A stretch of DNA of 64,000 nt. Origin: Leucoraja erinacea (lineage: Eukaryota). Of this stretch, positions 49,391 to 62,784 are shown one piece after another; position 1 is the first letter of the stretch, and every line of letters begins with the position of its first letter. The notes under the pieces are model-generated. The model was not told the DNA's origin. It ran no database searches and worked only from the letters and a program-made list of their open reading frames with translations. The stretch spans positions 7,564,001-7,628,000 of the forward strand of contig NC_073400.1 in assembly GCF_028641065.1 (NCBI RefSeq), in the 5' to 3' direction. Position numbers and translations under genes: made by a program.

Positions 49391-50869
49391 CATTCCTTAA
49401 CTTTCAGGAACACAACACACTTTTATCTTTGTGCTCCCCCTACCTTAACTCACATACACCGGCAGGCATATGTTCAGCTGCCTGAGGTCTCTCATCTAGA
49501 ATGGCCTCACTCTCCTCGAAGATGGTATCTTATTCCTTCCATTACGTTCACCTGAATCACCATCTCTTTGTGAAGATTGGTATCAACATTTATCTGAAGA
49601 AACTTGGTACATTTCACAAACGACCTAACAGCACCCGTGAAAAAAGCAACAGCATAAGCCTTTCAGGTCAATGGTCTTTAGGTTTTGATGAAAGATAATC
49701 CATGTGAAATGTTAACTCTGTTCAAATATAAGACAAAATGCTGGAGTAACTCAGTGGGTCACAGGTCCATGTTCTCCAGAGATGCTGCTTGACCTGTTGA
49801 ATAACACAAGGACATAAATTTAGGACCAGAGTTAGGCCATTCGGCCCACCGTGTCCACTCCACCATTCAATCATGGCTGATCTATCTTACCCTCTCAACC
49901 CCATTCTCCTGTCTTCTCCCCGTAACCTTTAACGCCCTTACTAATCTGTCAATCTTACCTGTCAATCCCCACATTAAAAATATCCAATGATGGCCTCCAC
50001 AGCGTCTGTGGCAATGAATTCCACAGATCATTACCCTCCAGCTAAAGACATTCCTTCTTGTCTCTTTCACTCCAGCACTTTGTATCTTTTTTTGTATACC
50101 TGCGTCTGCAGTTCCTTGGTCTCCATGATAACTGCTTCTCCCATCACTAATGCAGCCAGAGAATAATCACGAATTTCCACATTTTTGCAATGTCATCACT
50201 TTATAATGTTAGAGAGTCAGTCTGTTTGCAGATACCAAGACTTCACAAGGCAATGACATTTGGTAGTGAAAATCAAAACACTGCAGATGCTGAAAACCTG
50301 AAATAGAAATAATATGTTTGGCCTGGCAGTACCAATGCCTACTATTGCTCGAAAAATCATATTCCTTCCTACATTTCTCTGTTCTCCTCTGGTCCAGTCC
50401 CTTCCCTTACATCTGTGATACCTCTGGTACCCTCTGCCACTTTGACGGTGTCCATTTTCATAGCTGTATACACATCCATTGCACTGCAGGGGGGTACTGA
50501 GGCCCTTCTGCTTCTTCCTTAATTAGAAACCCAACCACTTCCCCTTTATCAACAGGGTCATTCGCACGGCTGAACTAATTCTCACGTTAACTAGTTTTTC
50601 AATTCCACTTACTTTTTCCAGAATGAAGATGTGGCTCTGGAAACTCACATGGACCATTGGCATAACTGCTTTTTTTGTCAGGCAGTCTTTATTTAAGTCC
50701 TAATTTGACTCCCTGCCTCGGCTTTGTTTTCCCCTGCGGATATCAACACCTGCACTGATGCTGCTTCCTGTATTCAGACAAATATTTCATGACTTTTGCT
50801 GCAATCTCCCTCTTCGTCCTTCACATGACCCGGCCTGTCCCATTTTGAATCCGTCTCAAAAGGATAGAT

Positions 50870-51680
50870 TGTTGAGAAACATGCAGTACAAGCCCTTAGA
50901 AACCCTGACTATACTTCCTCCCACCCTGCCGCCTGCAAGGACTGCATTCCTTTCTCCTAGTTCTTCCGTTTCTTTGTATTTTCTCCAATGACAAGACTTT
51001 ACATCTGGTGCTGCTGAGTTATCTTTCTTGCTTCTGAATCAAGGTTTGCCTCCTCTACCGCTGCTGACAAAGCCCTCGACTACATCTCAAATATTTCCCA
51101 CGTTTCTGCTATCACCAACGCTCCTCCTGAACAAACGTATCCCTGGCCCTCACTTTCCACCAGACTTAATTCAACAGATCACCTTTCACAGCTTCCACCA
51201 CCTCCAACATCATTCCACAACCACAGCAATCTCTCCCTCCCCTTTCAGTACTTCAAGGCCCTTCTAGCCTCACCAAAAACTTCCATTCTAATGGTGTTTT
51301 CTTCCTGCAGGCCACGCCTAATCTGTCCCTTTATCTCTCCACTTCTCACCAACCAAGAACACAAAGGTCCTTCCAAGTGAAGCAGTGATTCCTTAGCCCC
51401 TTTTCAAGTCCAATGTATTGCATTCGGTGTTCACAATGTGTCCTTCTGTACAATGGAGAAACCAAACATGGGTTGGGTGACCACTTTGTGTAGTATCTGT
51501 GTTCAATTCACAAGGGCAATGCTGAACCTTTGTGTTTCATCTCACTCCCACTCCAACCAATCTGTGGCCTCCTGTTGCACAAGGACCAAGACCCACTTGC
51601 AGAATTACATCTCATCCTCTGTCTGGGCACACTGCAGCCTCAACATCACATTTTACAACGTCAGGAAACCCAATTCCTCT
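50870..51680 (+). mobile_element. Degenerate Penelope-like ORF 3' half
   Basis: Relics of YKP, ASCKDCIP, YCIRCSQC..YxGET and HLILCLGTLQP. Confidence 0.6.
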
Positions 51681-52224
51681 GCACCAGAGGTGTCCATTTT
51701 GCAAGTCATCTATCTGTGATATTGGCTCAGTTCTTTCCCCCATGGGCAGTCTGACATGCTGGGCATCTACTACAGCCCTACATTCTGTACTCTCCTTTGT
51801 ACTCTCACTCTCTAATTGCCCTCACCTCATAACTTTCATTCATTCCCTCTCTTCGTCTGTCTTTCCACCCAATTAACCCAATAACAGAATGAGATCTACA
51901 ACTTATGCCCATGGTAACCCTGGCCCCCATCCTACCAGAGATATTTCCTTTGTCCCATGCAGCCCCTCTCTCCGACCACCACCATCCTCTCTGCATCTTA
52001 TTCTCCTTTTCCCATTTCTGATGAAGGGTTCTCAACCTGAACTACTATCTGTTTCTTTCCTTAGAATGCATCTGGCCCAAGTGTTTTGGTGATATTTGTT
52101 GAGACACCTCAACACCTCTGCCCTTCAGCTTCTATTAATGACCACCCTTGTCCTAGGCACCGTCTATGACCGATGCAGGTCATTTATAACCATGCAGTCT
52201 TCTTGTAGAGAGCAATGTTCACTC

Positions 52225-52572
52225 ATTCTTGCTATTGAGGGAGTGCAGCATAGGTTTACAAGGTTAATTCCCGGGATGGCGGGACTGTCATATGCTGAGA
52301 GAGTGGAGCAGCTGGGCTTGTACACTTGTAATGGAGTTTAGAAGGATGAGAGGAGATCTCATTGAAACATATAAGATTGTTAAGGGCTTCGACACACTAG
52401 AGGCAGGAAACATGTTCTCGATGTTGGGGGAGTCCAGAACCGGGGGCCACAGTTTAAGAATAAGGAGTAAGCCATTTACAACGGAGACGAGGAAACACTT
52501 TTTCTCACAGAGAGTGGCGAATCTGTGGAATTCTCTGCCTCAGAGGGCGGTGGAGGCAGTTTCTCTGGGTAC
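52225..52572 (+). mobile_element. CR1 3' ORF fragment
   Basis: [17 protein letters not shown]...GDLIETYKIVKG...SQRVANLWNSLP. Confidence 0.88.
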
Positions 52573-52574
52573 TT

Positions 52575-54400
52575 TCATAATCTGACACCCGTACTAATCA
52601 AGAATCTATCTAACTCGGCTGTAAAAATATCCATTGACCTAGCCTCCACAGCCTTCTGTGACAAAGAATTCAACAGATTCACCACCCTCTTACTGAAGAA
52701 ACTCCTCCTCATCTCCTTCCTAATGGAACGTCTTTTAATTCTGACCTCTAGTTCAAGACTCTCCCACTAGTGGAGACATCCTCTCCACATTCACTCTATC
52801 CAAGCCTTTCACTATTCGGTAACTTTCAATGAGGAGGCCCCTCATCCTTCTAAACTCCCTCGAGTACAGGCCCGGTGCCGTCAAACGCTCATCATATGTT
52901 AACCCACTAATTCCTGGGATCATTCTTGTAAACCTCCTCTGGACCCTCTCCAAAGCCAGCACATCTTTCCTCAGATATGGTGCCCAAAATTGCTCACAAT
53001 ACTCCAAATGTGGCCTGACCAACACCTTATAGAGCCTCAGCATTACATCCACATTTTTGTATTCTAGCCCTCTTAAAATAAATGCTAGCATTGCATTTGC
53101 CTTCCTTACTATCGATACAACTTGCAAATTAACGTCTGGAAATCCTGCACCAACACTCTTTGCATCTCCGATATTTGGATTCTCTTCCCATTTAGAAAAT
53201 AGTCTATGCCTTTATTCCTACTACCAAAACACATGACTCCACACTTTGCCACACTATATTCCGTCTGCCATTTCTCTGCCCACTCTCGCAACCTGTCCAG
53301 GTCCTTCTGTAGAGTCCATGCTTCCTCTACACTACCCGCCCCTCCTCTTATTTTCGTGTCATCTGCAAACTTGGACACAAAGCCTTCACTCCCCTCATCC
53401 AAATCATTAATATACAACGTGAAAAGTAATGGCCCCTGCACTGACCTCTGCGGAATGTTGCTAGTCACTAGCCGCCAACCAGAAAAGGCCCCCTTTATTG
53501 CCACTCTTTGTCTTCTGTCATGCAGCCAACCTGCTATCCATGCTAGTACCTGCCATCAGGGGCGGAAATCGCATGGGGGGGGGGGGAACACAATGAGGCC
53601 TGCCATCTAGGGCACGGGTCGGCAACCTACGGCCCACGGGCTGGATCCAACCCACAACCCGAAATCATCCGGCCCGCAGGCGTATTATTTTTCAATTACT
53701 TTTCGTGACCTGGGAACTGTAGCCAGTCCCCGGGCACGCAGGGGACCTAGGCACCTCAGCCAGACCTGCCAGCCGACCTGGGAACTGCAGCTAGTCCCAG
53801 GCTGCTAGATTCTAGGAGCTAGCGACATCCAAATGGAATTGACCTCGAGGGCTCCGGGCACAGAGCCTGTGCCTCCCCCCACCCAAGGATTTCCGCCCAT
53901 GCCTGCCCTTCGATACCATGGGCTCTCATCTTCCTGAGCAGCCTCCCGTGTGGAACCTTATAAAAGGCTTTCTGAAAATCTAGGTAAGCAACATCTACTG
54001 GCTCTCCTTTGTCTGTCCTATTTACTTCTTCAAAGAATTCCAGCACATTCATCAGACAAGACCTCCCCTTCAGAAAGTCATGCCGACTGGCCTATTTTAT
54101 CATGAACTTGTAAGCACTCAGTGACGTCATTCTTTATAATGGATTAAAATCTTACCAACCACTGGTCAGACTAACCAGCCTAGAGTTTCCACTATTCTGC
54201 TTTGCTCCCTTAATGGTACTGCGGGGTAATATTGGCAATTTTTCAATCATCTGGAAGCAATCCTGACTTCTTGAAAGATCACTATAAATGCCTCCACAAT
54301 CTCTAAAGCCACCTCTTTCAGCACCTTGGGGTGCACTCAATCCAATCCAGGCGACTTATTCACCTTCAGCCCTTTCAGCTTCCCAAGCACCTTCTCCCGA
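52575..54400 (-). mobile_element. CR1 RT region (different subfamily) interrupted by an hAT MITE
   Basis: GNSRLVSLTS, VAYLDFQKAFYKVPHGRL, FADDTKI and RPHLEYCEQFWAP in successive frames. Confidence 0.9.
53557..53901. mobile_element. hAT-type non-autonomous element
   Basis: TIRs caggggcggaaatc and gatttccgcccatg; 8-bp TSD cctgccat (53549-53556) and cctgccct (53902-53909). Confidence 0.8.
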
Positions 54401-54486
54401 GTGGCTGATTGTGGCTGTCGGCCACAAATAGGGCATTGTAAGGGTTTGGGATTGGGGAGGGTGGGGGTGCAGAACAAAACCGTTCA

Positions 54487-55385
54487 GAAAGCTGGAGGAA
54501 AGAACTGCAAATGTTGGTTTACCTCACATATACACACAAAATGCTGGGGCAACTCAACAGGACAGGCAGCATCTTTGGAGAGAAGGAATGGCAGCATCTT
54601 TGGAGAGGACTCTTCAGGTCGAGACCCTTCTTCAAAACTGAGAGCCAGGGGAGAGGGAAGGAGAGAGAGAGAGAAAAGAGAAAAGAGAGAGAGAGAGAGA
54701 GAGCGAGAGAGAACAAAGAAAAGATATGCAAAAAAGTAACGATGATCAAGGAAGCAGTTCATTGTTAGCTGTGGGCTAGGTAAGACCAAGTTATACTCAC
54801 CAGGACTCCAGTGAAACTCACCAGAACGCCAGTGAAACTAGTAAAACGACAAGGGAGAGGGAAGGACAGAGAGAGGGCATGCAAGGGTTATTTGAAGTTA
54901 TAGAAATCAAAGATCCTATAGCAAGCAAGATAGATCACGCAACAAAAAAGAAGTGGTACGGTGATGGGCAGATTCATGGGTAAGTTTTGGCCCCATTTCC
55001 GTAACCGGCTTCCGTCTCCGCACCAAAGATCCCGTAGTGGAGCAACGATAACTAGTGCGGAGACGGAAGTCGGTTACGGAAACATCCTCGAAGTTCTATG
55101 GTAAAAATCTTCTCCTCATTTTCAGAATTATAATTTATTAACACTGTCCCCCCGCAATGTTGATTACACTGCGAGTCGGGTCGGGTTACTGAAATGGATG
55201 AAAAAAAGGCCCACGTTCTGCTCCGTTGCGTACTACACGTCAGCCCATTGCATTCAGAAGGAGTGGTCTATCCTGCTCCGCTATAGGTTCTTTGATAGAA
55301 ATCAATATTCATGCCACTGAGTTGTAAGTTGCCCAGGTGAAATACAAGGTGCTATTCCTCTAATTTGTGTTTGGCCTCACTGACA
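54487..55385 (-). mobile_element. Penelope-like 3' region with a (GA)n expansion, interrupted by a DNA-transposon MITE
   Basis: pLTR repeat at 54487-54645, (GA)n at 54661-54712, and GIY-YIG C-terminal relic at 55303-55385. Confidence 0.7.
54908..55294. mobile_element. Non-autonomous DNA transposon with 8-bp TSD (hAT- or P-like)
   Basis: TIRs caaagatcctatagc and gctataggttctttg; perfect TSD atagaaat at 54900-54907 and 55295-55302. Confidence 0.8.
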
Positions 55386-55989
55386 CTTCAGAATATTGTC
55401 AGGAATCCCACAGGGTTTCCAGACTTGCAATATTAATGAACGTAATGCTATTCCATTAAATCCATCAATTTGATTTAAATACCTTAAGATTTAAATTAAT
55501 TCAAATATTTTTATGATGTCTGCTCATTAGGAATAAATTCTGAACTTTTAGAATCATTCAAGGATATCTCCTTGCCCTCCATTTTACAATTGGAAGCAGC
55601 CATTTGGAAAGATTGATTGCATACAAGTGAAAAATCAGCTCCCTCTTTTCCCCTCCTGACATTGCTGTTGTTTTTCCAACTCCTAGCATTGGAAAAGCTA
55701 AAATCTCCATCAAAATATTGGTAAAACCAGTTTGACTGCAGCACAATTGTGTTTTTATGCCTAAAACTCAAATGCCTTCAGTTCAATTTCAGGCTCAACC
55801 AGACTGTTCACAATCTTGATGCCCAATCTGCTCTCATATTTTAACCCTCTCAGCAAATCTACATTGCAAGTCGCCTTTACAGAGCCTCAACACGTGTTAT
55901 CGAAAACCTCAGCCGTGCTTTTATTATCTCCAAATTCAACTTTGCCAATGCTCTTACTATTTTCCGACCTCTGGTTTGTACTTGTATTC

Positions 55990-56320
55990 CTCCAGGGACC
56001 CCAGCAGACTTCCCAGCTAAGACAGGCCTCTTAACCATATCTACTGCATTTGGTGTACCCGCTGTGGCCTCCTTTACATTGGCGAGACCAAGAATAGACT
56101 TGCTAACTGTTTTGCTGAACACTCGTGTTCGGTCAGCCAAGGCCTGCTGGATCTCCCAGTTGCTAACCACTTTCATTCCCATACTGACCTTTCCGTCCTG
56201 GGCCTCCACCATTGCTGGAGTGAAGCCACACACAAACTGGAGAAACAGCACCTCATATTCTGCTTGGGCAGCTTACAACCTAACGGTATGAACACTGAAT
56301 TCTTCAATTTTAGCTAACTA
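55990..56320 (+). mobile_element. Penelope-like GIY-YIG fragment
   Basis: YCIWCTRCGLLYIGETK...EH...LEKQHLIFCLGSLQPNGMNTEF across frames. Confidence 0.75.
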
Positions 56321-57823
56321 ACTAAGCTATAAACTATGCTATAAACCCTTCCTTCCATCCCACTCCTTTCTCTGTGCTCCACCTGGACTTCAGAGATGCC
56401 ACCAGTACGGTCTTTTTAAAAACTAAACCAGCACCTGCAGTTCCTTGTATCTGCGGCTCTATTTCAATTATAACACTAATTTCATATCTTGCCATTGTTA
56501 CTTTATTAACATAGTTCTTGGAAGTGGAGGTGAGTATTTTCATTTAACTGTAGCCTCTCACCCGTTGCAGGTTTATACGAGTACATAGTGCAACAATTAC
56601 ATAGAGCTACAATTACATTTAATGGCTATCATTCTGTATTGATACCTACAATATTCTGTAGTGCTGCAACAAGCAATAATTTCATTGTCCTATCTGGGAG
56701 ACATGACAATAAACTCTTGACTTAACATTTAACATTGCTAGAAACAAACTTGGAAAGAGTGGGTCAGATGCAAAGATAAAGGTACACAAAAGAATACTAC
56801 ATTTGTATGGCCTTCAGTACTTTGAGGTGTGAAACCAAGGCAATTATACAGCTGCATTTTTGGAAAATGTAACTCAACACACCCAGAATTGCACAACGAT
56901 TATTTACAACACTTTCTAGACATTTCCAGAAAATGCAGAAAGGGTGTTGGGTTTCAAAACTTATAGCGAGTGTGATAGTTCCTGGATCCCTGATTTTTTT
57001 TAAATTATACCCAGGGCAAATTTTCTGTTCTCACTATCAACACGGCCAATTTGTAGAAATGAAAACAAATATTTCATTGGGTTACCTTTAAATCACATTG
57101 CCATATATCAGGTACACTTTGTGGCTCAAAAGAAAAATCAAAAGCCTTCGCAGTGTCCCACAGTCCCCTCTTCAATTTGAAGTTTCCAAGTGTTGTTCAA
57201 GATAAATTCCTGTGCAATGTATGCATTATCACAGAACGAAAGACTACATGCAGGTGAATAAACAATGATTCCTAACAGCTTTTATACATTAAAAGTTAGC
57301 AAGCACAGGTGGTAATTCAGTGAAGCGGTCTTTACTGCAAGGAGGATTAAATATAAATGAGCTTACAGCGACTGTACAAGAAGTTGGCAAGGTTACATGT
57401 GAAGTACCAAGCACTGTTTTGGTCTTATTTGTAAAGGATATCCTTTGCACTGGGAGGTAGGCCAGAGGAAGTTCAAGTGGATGACTTCTGAACTGAAAGG
57501 GCCAATGGGAATTTCGTCATTAAAAAGCCATGACTTTTTTGTGGAAGCTGAATCATTAAAATATATGTAATGCTGAATCACAGTTTCTTTGATGCCTGGA
57601 GAGAATCAGGGGCTATGTGAACGGGCCAGACAGTGAAGCTGAAATCAAGGTCAGATCAGCCGTGATCATCTACAGTGGTGAAGCAGACACAGGGGCTGGT
57701 CGGCCTTGCTCCATTGGTGTTTTTTTGTGAAACACCCAAAGTCAGAAAACAAAGACAATCCACTTAATATATCTAAGAGCCAACAAAATTAAGCATCATC
57801 TTCAAAAATGAATTATTAGAGGT

Positions 57824-57960
57824 TTTATTTAAGAGTTGGGAAACAACAGGATATTTTGCAAAGGCATGGCTTTATTTCACTGTACAAACACACAACTGTC
57901 ACTTCCATCTCTTTCCTGTAACAGTAAACAGAGCAGCACAGCTGATATAAAAGTTTTATT
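57824..57960 (-). promoter_or_regulatory. Cluster of three AATAAA signals, candidate BAK1 polyadenylation region
   Basis: tttatt on the + strand at 57824, 57871 and 57955, exactly where repeat-free sequence ends and CR1 remnants resume. Confidence 0.5.
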
Positions 57961-60900
57961 TTAACTCCATATGATTGAACTTCTAATTAGGTATACAGCG
58001 TCACATGCATTATTTAAATTTATACGTTTTAACAAGTTTCAAGTTGTTAATTACCCAGAGGTTTGAAGTACCAAATATGAGAATGACAAACATTGTTCAC
58101 AAGAACATATGTAAAATATAAAAACTGAACAATACTTCCACTGCTATCCAATATTTAAACAGTCACTGCCACATAATGTTGAAACACAAACAATATGTTG
58201 TTATGTGGTACACCATGATTGTAGCTGCACAATAAGTTAATCAGATATATTTACCAAATTGACCAACTCAGCATTCCTGCAGAACACAAGGCTCGTAATT
58301 GCCACAGTGGCTGATGATTTGCATACCAACATCACAATTAGCGCCACAATTAAGGGTCAACTGGCAAATGTGTAAAGTTGTTCCTCTCTGATAATCATTG
58401 GGAAGAAATTGACTACTATTACAGTGTTACACGCAAATATATTAAGAGCCAAGAAGCCACAAGTGGTGATTTCTATCTTAGTGCTGCCTATTTAGGTTTG
58501 CACTTAATTGCCAGAGTAGTCTACAAGTACAATTTATGCTGCATAAGCATAATTTTGGAAACAAAATTGTGAGTTTTGAAAACAAACCCGATTTGAAACT
58601 TGCACTACACTATTGAAACATGCAAAAATAATTGAAAAAGTACCTGCTTAAAACTGTTGCATGTTCTTATTTTTTTGTTTGTAGAAGCAAAGTCCATATG
58701 CCAAGGAACAGAAGCTGATTCCAGTGCATACTTGATGCTCTTGAAATGTGTTTACAGGAGAAAACTCATCTCTAAAAGGAATATTTACAGTCAAATGAAA
58801 GGTCTCCCGAAAAAAATGTTGAAAGGAAAATCAAAAAGAAACAAAGAAGAGTGGAATGAAAAAAGGTGGAAGCTCTTAGAAAAATCAGTGTTCTTGCTTT
58901 TGTCAAATTACAACCAGGGTTCTTATTCCGATCTGCTAAAACTGATTTAATAATTTTTGTTAAAAGCTCCCTGAAAAACTGATAATTTAACACCAAATCA
59001 AATTCTACAGCCAATTTCCATTTTGTTTTTTAATTGGATGACCTCTGTCTGTCTGTCTACTAAATGGTCACAAATGGTTACAAATTGACAATTGGGATTT
59101 GCATTTTATGATGGTGGAATATGGCTGTGTTGAAATTAGCCTTTGTCAAACAAGACAAATGATTCAAATCTAGAATAAGAAGATAATTGGAGTAACCCAT
59201 TTAAAAAAAGTGTTTAGTCCTGTCAACTTCATATTTTATATAAATGTTAGATGTTCCCACCATAAACTGTTATGGCTCACCACATATGAACTTTGATCTG
59301 ATAGTGTTCTGATCATTTTAAACACTTTCTTTGTCAGTGGTACGAATTTCCTATTTCCATTTAATGCAATGCAAGAACAGCAGGAAAGAGAATAAGAGTA
59401 CATACTGTACAAAATCCTCTATAAATAGAGTTTGGTCTCAGAGATGTTTGGTGGCCTACCACCATTCCCAAACGCAAATTTATTAGTTTTGTAGACTACC
59501 GTTTGTTTCATTGGAGCAGTCACTTGTAGCTAAACACCTTGTAGGCAGTGTGATTCCTCTGGCAGAAGACCAAGAATTCACACATGCACCTACAAAGTAC
59601 ATACAATGCTTCGCCATCAACATGCTGCTCCATCTTATGCACGAGAAATCAAATATGTATCCATCATCCAATTTAAAACTTTAGCCCTAGCGCACGTTCC
59701 TTTCATTAATCTCACACGGCATGCCTATTTTATAGTTTCAGTTCTTCACATTAGGAAAGATGGTCAAGGACTCGCTCCCCGAGATTCCATTAAACCACAA
59801 CCATGGGCATTTAATGGTGCTTTCACCAAAGATTTCAAGTTTGAAAGCTTGACAATTATAAAGTTGGAGAATCATGTTCATTGGAGCTCAAATACATTTC
59901 ATATTTTACATTAAGAAGTATTTATCAATTTAAGAATATGGACATGCATTATGCCCAAAGGCCAATTGAGTATATGAGAAAACAGAAGACCCTTTGGGCA
60001 GTACAGTTTCACAGATGATGCTGGCTAATGTGTGCCAAATGTGAAATATGAAATCTACTTTCAACAACAGTGAGACTAGTAAAAACTGCACATCTGATTG
60101 TTCATGATCAAAACAGCTTTAAAATGATTCCTTAGGCAAGAACTGTGCTGAGAACTTACAGTGACTGCCCCAAGATCCAACTCCCAGACCACTCAAGGCA
60201 CAATTGAAGGCATTGCATAAAATGTCACATGCTTAAATATTTCCTCTGACAGATCACAGTGAAGTAAATTATCTGCCTCCCATCATAAGACCATGGGCAG
60301 TGCGAAGCCTCACAAATCAGTTAACTTGGATCACAGCAGCCACGTATCCTTTCCATAACAGTCCACAGTATTGGGAGCACCAAAATTAAAGATAAGGATC
60401 CAATGGTCCTGTACATCCTAAAGTGCTACTCATCTTTGCTAGCTCACAAACGCAGAAAGGCTGCAAGGCATTTAGTTTTCATAGTTTAATTCTTGGAGGA
60501 AAACAGGTCATTATAAATTGTCAGTCAAGGGGTCTTTTCGAATGATTAAACAATAGTGCCTCGGAAATTATAAATGCCTTCTTGGGTGCTCATTCCAAGA
60601 AACAAGCTATTCTGCAGACAATTTAAATCTCTGCCAACTTCTAAGGTTTAATAAGCAAATTGTTAATAAGCAAAGAGTTACAAAATTACATCAATATTGA
60701 GTACATGCACAAATTTTAATCTCCATAATATTACAAAGTTTCCCAAAGCCTTTTCTCTTTACACTAATATACCCTGACATTAAAGTTTCAGAAGGCCAGG
60801 AGTTAATGAAGCTATAGAAAGGAGGTTAGTTATTAAATATAGACAGCCCAAATGCCTGCTCCCTTTATATTGCTACATTGGTCTTCAAACTCTCAAACAT

Positions 60901-61801
60901 AAATAAGAATTCAAACAGTTATTCTTAAATAATCCTTTCTTAAATTAATCAGCATTTACATTTAAAAAACTTTAGGATACTTCAAGACACCTGTTGGGCC
61001 TAGCAGCACAATTCATCAGTATCCAAATTCAGATGCTATACTCCCAAAATACCACAGTTCTAAACTAGATTATACACAGTTCACAAATTAGTAACAAAAA
61101 GAAACAAGACTCAAGCCTCAGCCATCTTTGACCACAATTCCCACGATGAGCACAAATTCAGTTTCGCCCCAACAATTTGCTAGCCTTTTGTTTTGTTTTT
61201 TTAAAGCACTTTAATTTGTTGTAGATGCAACATCGCTTCCACCTCCGGTTGCAACTGCTTATACTGCCAATAACACAACTTTTGAGATCACCATGCAAAG
61301 GTTCATCAAAATTGAAAGGAGGCATCCAAGGTTTAAAGTAAAGAACAATTTGTTTTGCTGACAATAAAACTCCTATGTACAAAAGTTACCCTGTCGTTTT
61401 TGTTAAACATATTAAAGCTCCAAGGCTCAACATCTCAGCATACAAATGCTGTTCCTGCAGGAACAAGATTCACAAGTGGATGGACACTGGTTGATGTCAG
61501 TTTTGCCAATGCAACATGATAGTTCTGTGCATACAACACAGAGAATTGGAACTGATCTCATGTTTTAGAAGTGAGGTGCAAAAATAAGCCAAGAATGGAC
61601 CAGCTGAAAATTAATATAACTGTTTAAAAAAAACATGATTGTTGGAATTGGCCATCCAATAAATGACAGCTGGGAATTTCTCGATAAACATCACCATTCA
61701 TTATAAATAGCACGTCTCATAATTTTGTCGATGCGAATTGTTTCTAAAAAGATTTTTTTACAGTCCAAGACTGGAGGCCTGCTCCAGCAGTGATCCATGT
61801 A

Positions 61802-61906
61802 TTAAGATTTGTAAAACTTGTGGACAACGAACACACCAAGTAGAACCACAGACAGAATCCCAAGCATCCATTTGACATAAATATTATCCAACTCTAAAGC
61901 TGCCAC
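61802..61906 (-). CDS. BAK1: BAK1 last coding exon (C-terminal transmembrane anchor)
   Basis: Minus-strand acceptor ttttctcaacag. Encodes VAALELDNIYVKWMLGILSVVLLGVFVVHKFYKS* versus human VAALNLGN...VVLLGQFVVRRFFKS. Absent from the ORF track. Confidence 0.93.
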   Translation of the reverse strand: MAALELDNIYVKWMLGILSVVLLGVFVVHKFYKS

Positions 61907-62784
61907 CTGTTGAGAAAAGAAAGAATGAATCAAATACTCTATATTAAAATTTTATTTAGAGGAATGAGCTCTGAAGGTAAAAAATGATTCCTATCCTAGA
62001 TAGAAAAATAGAATTAAGTACAGTTTCTTAATACTGTGGTGTACAACCCACAGGTGTACAGTGTACAACCCACACTACAGTATTAATAAAGATAAACTCC
62101 ACATTGTATACAAGTCACATGCAATAACTTGCAATAACAGTAATGTTAATATTTAGTTAAAAAGCTCAATAAACCTCAACAAAATCAATTGTACAGACTA
62201 GAATACAAAGAAACAAAAGAAATTCAAGTATTAAAAAAATAAAGAGGCTTCATTTGGGTCAGCTATAAAAAAAATCCATACTCGGCACATTTTTGATTTT
62301 TACCACTTTATTCAGGCAGAGGAAACTTTATTCTGGCAGAGAAAATAGTCCTTCCTCAGTTATGAGGGATAACCAAAAGTGTATTAACAAAATCATTAAA
62401 ATATTTAATAATTTTCCAGCTAAATCTAGAGATATGTAATTAATTTCTTTACTTTTGTAGAATTCATCTGTAGTATTCCTTTAAGAGGAAAAACACGTGT
62501 TGAACATAAAATGCAATCAAAATCAGCACTGATAGTCATTGAGAATTATTTTGGATAATCAAGATCAAGATCAAGATTCAATTTAATACATATTCATTTT
62601 CTGTGACAATGGGAGATAATACATTTTCTCCAAATAATTTATAGAATGGATTTAAAATAATTATCTGCACTTGAGCTCAAATGACAAACATGGCTGAAGT
62701 ACAAGATGTACCAATCTTTAGGTAAATATATAGATACCTAAAAACAATATAATTGTTCAATACTCAACTAGATTTATTTAGTAG

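Noticed and set aside
55780-55960. Possible unique exon
   Set aside because: Translates as NLSRAFIISKFNFANAL, resembling the L2 LINE motif LIHAFITSRLDYCNALL; most likely an old L2 relic.
32300-57800. TSPO2 or UNC5CL expected from human synteny
   Set aside because: No TSPO-like (KPxWxPP, LNxxW) or ZU5/death-domain exons recognised by eye. A weak relic cannot be excluded without TBLASTN.
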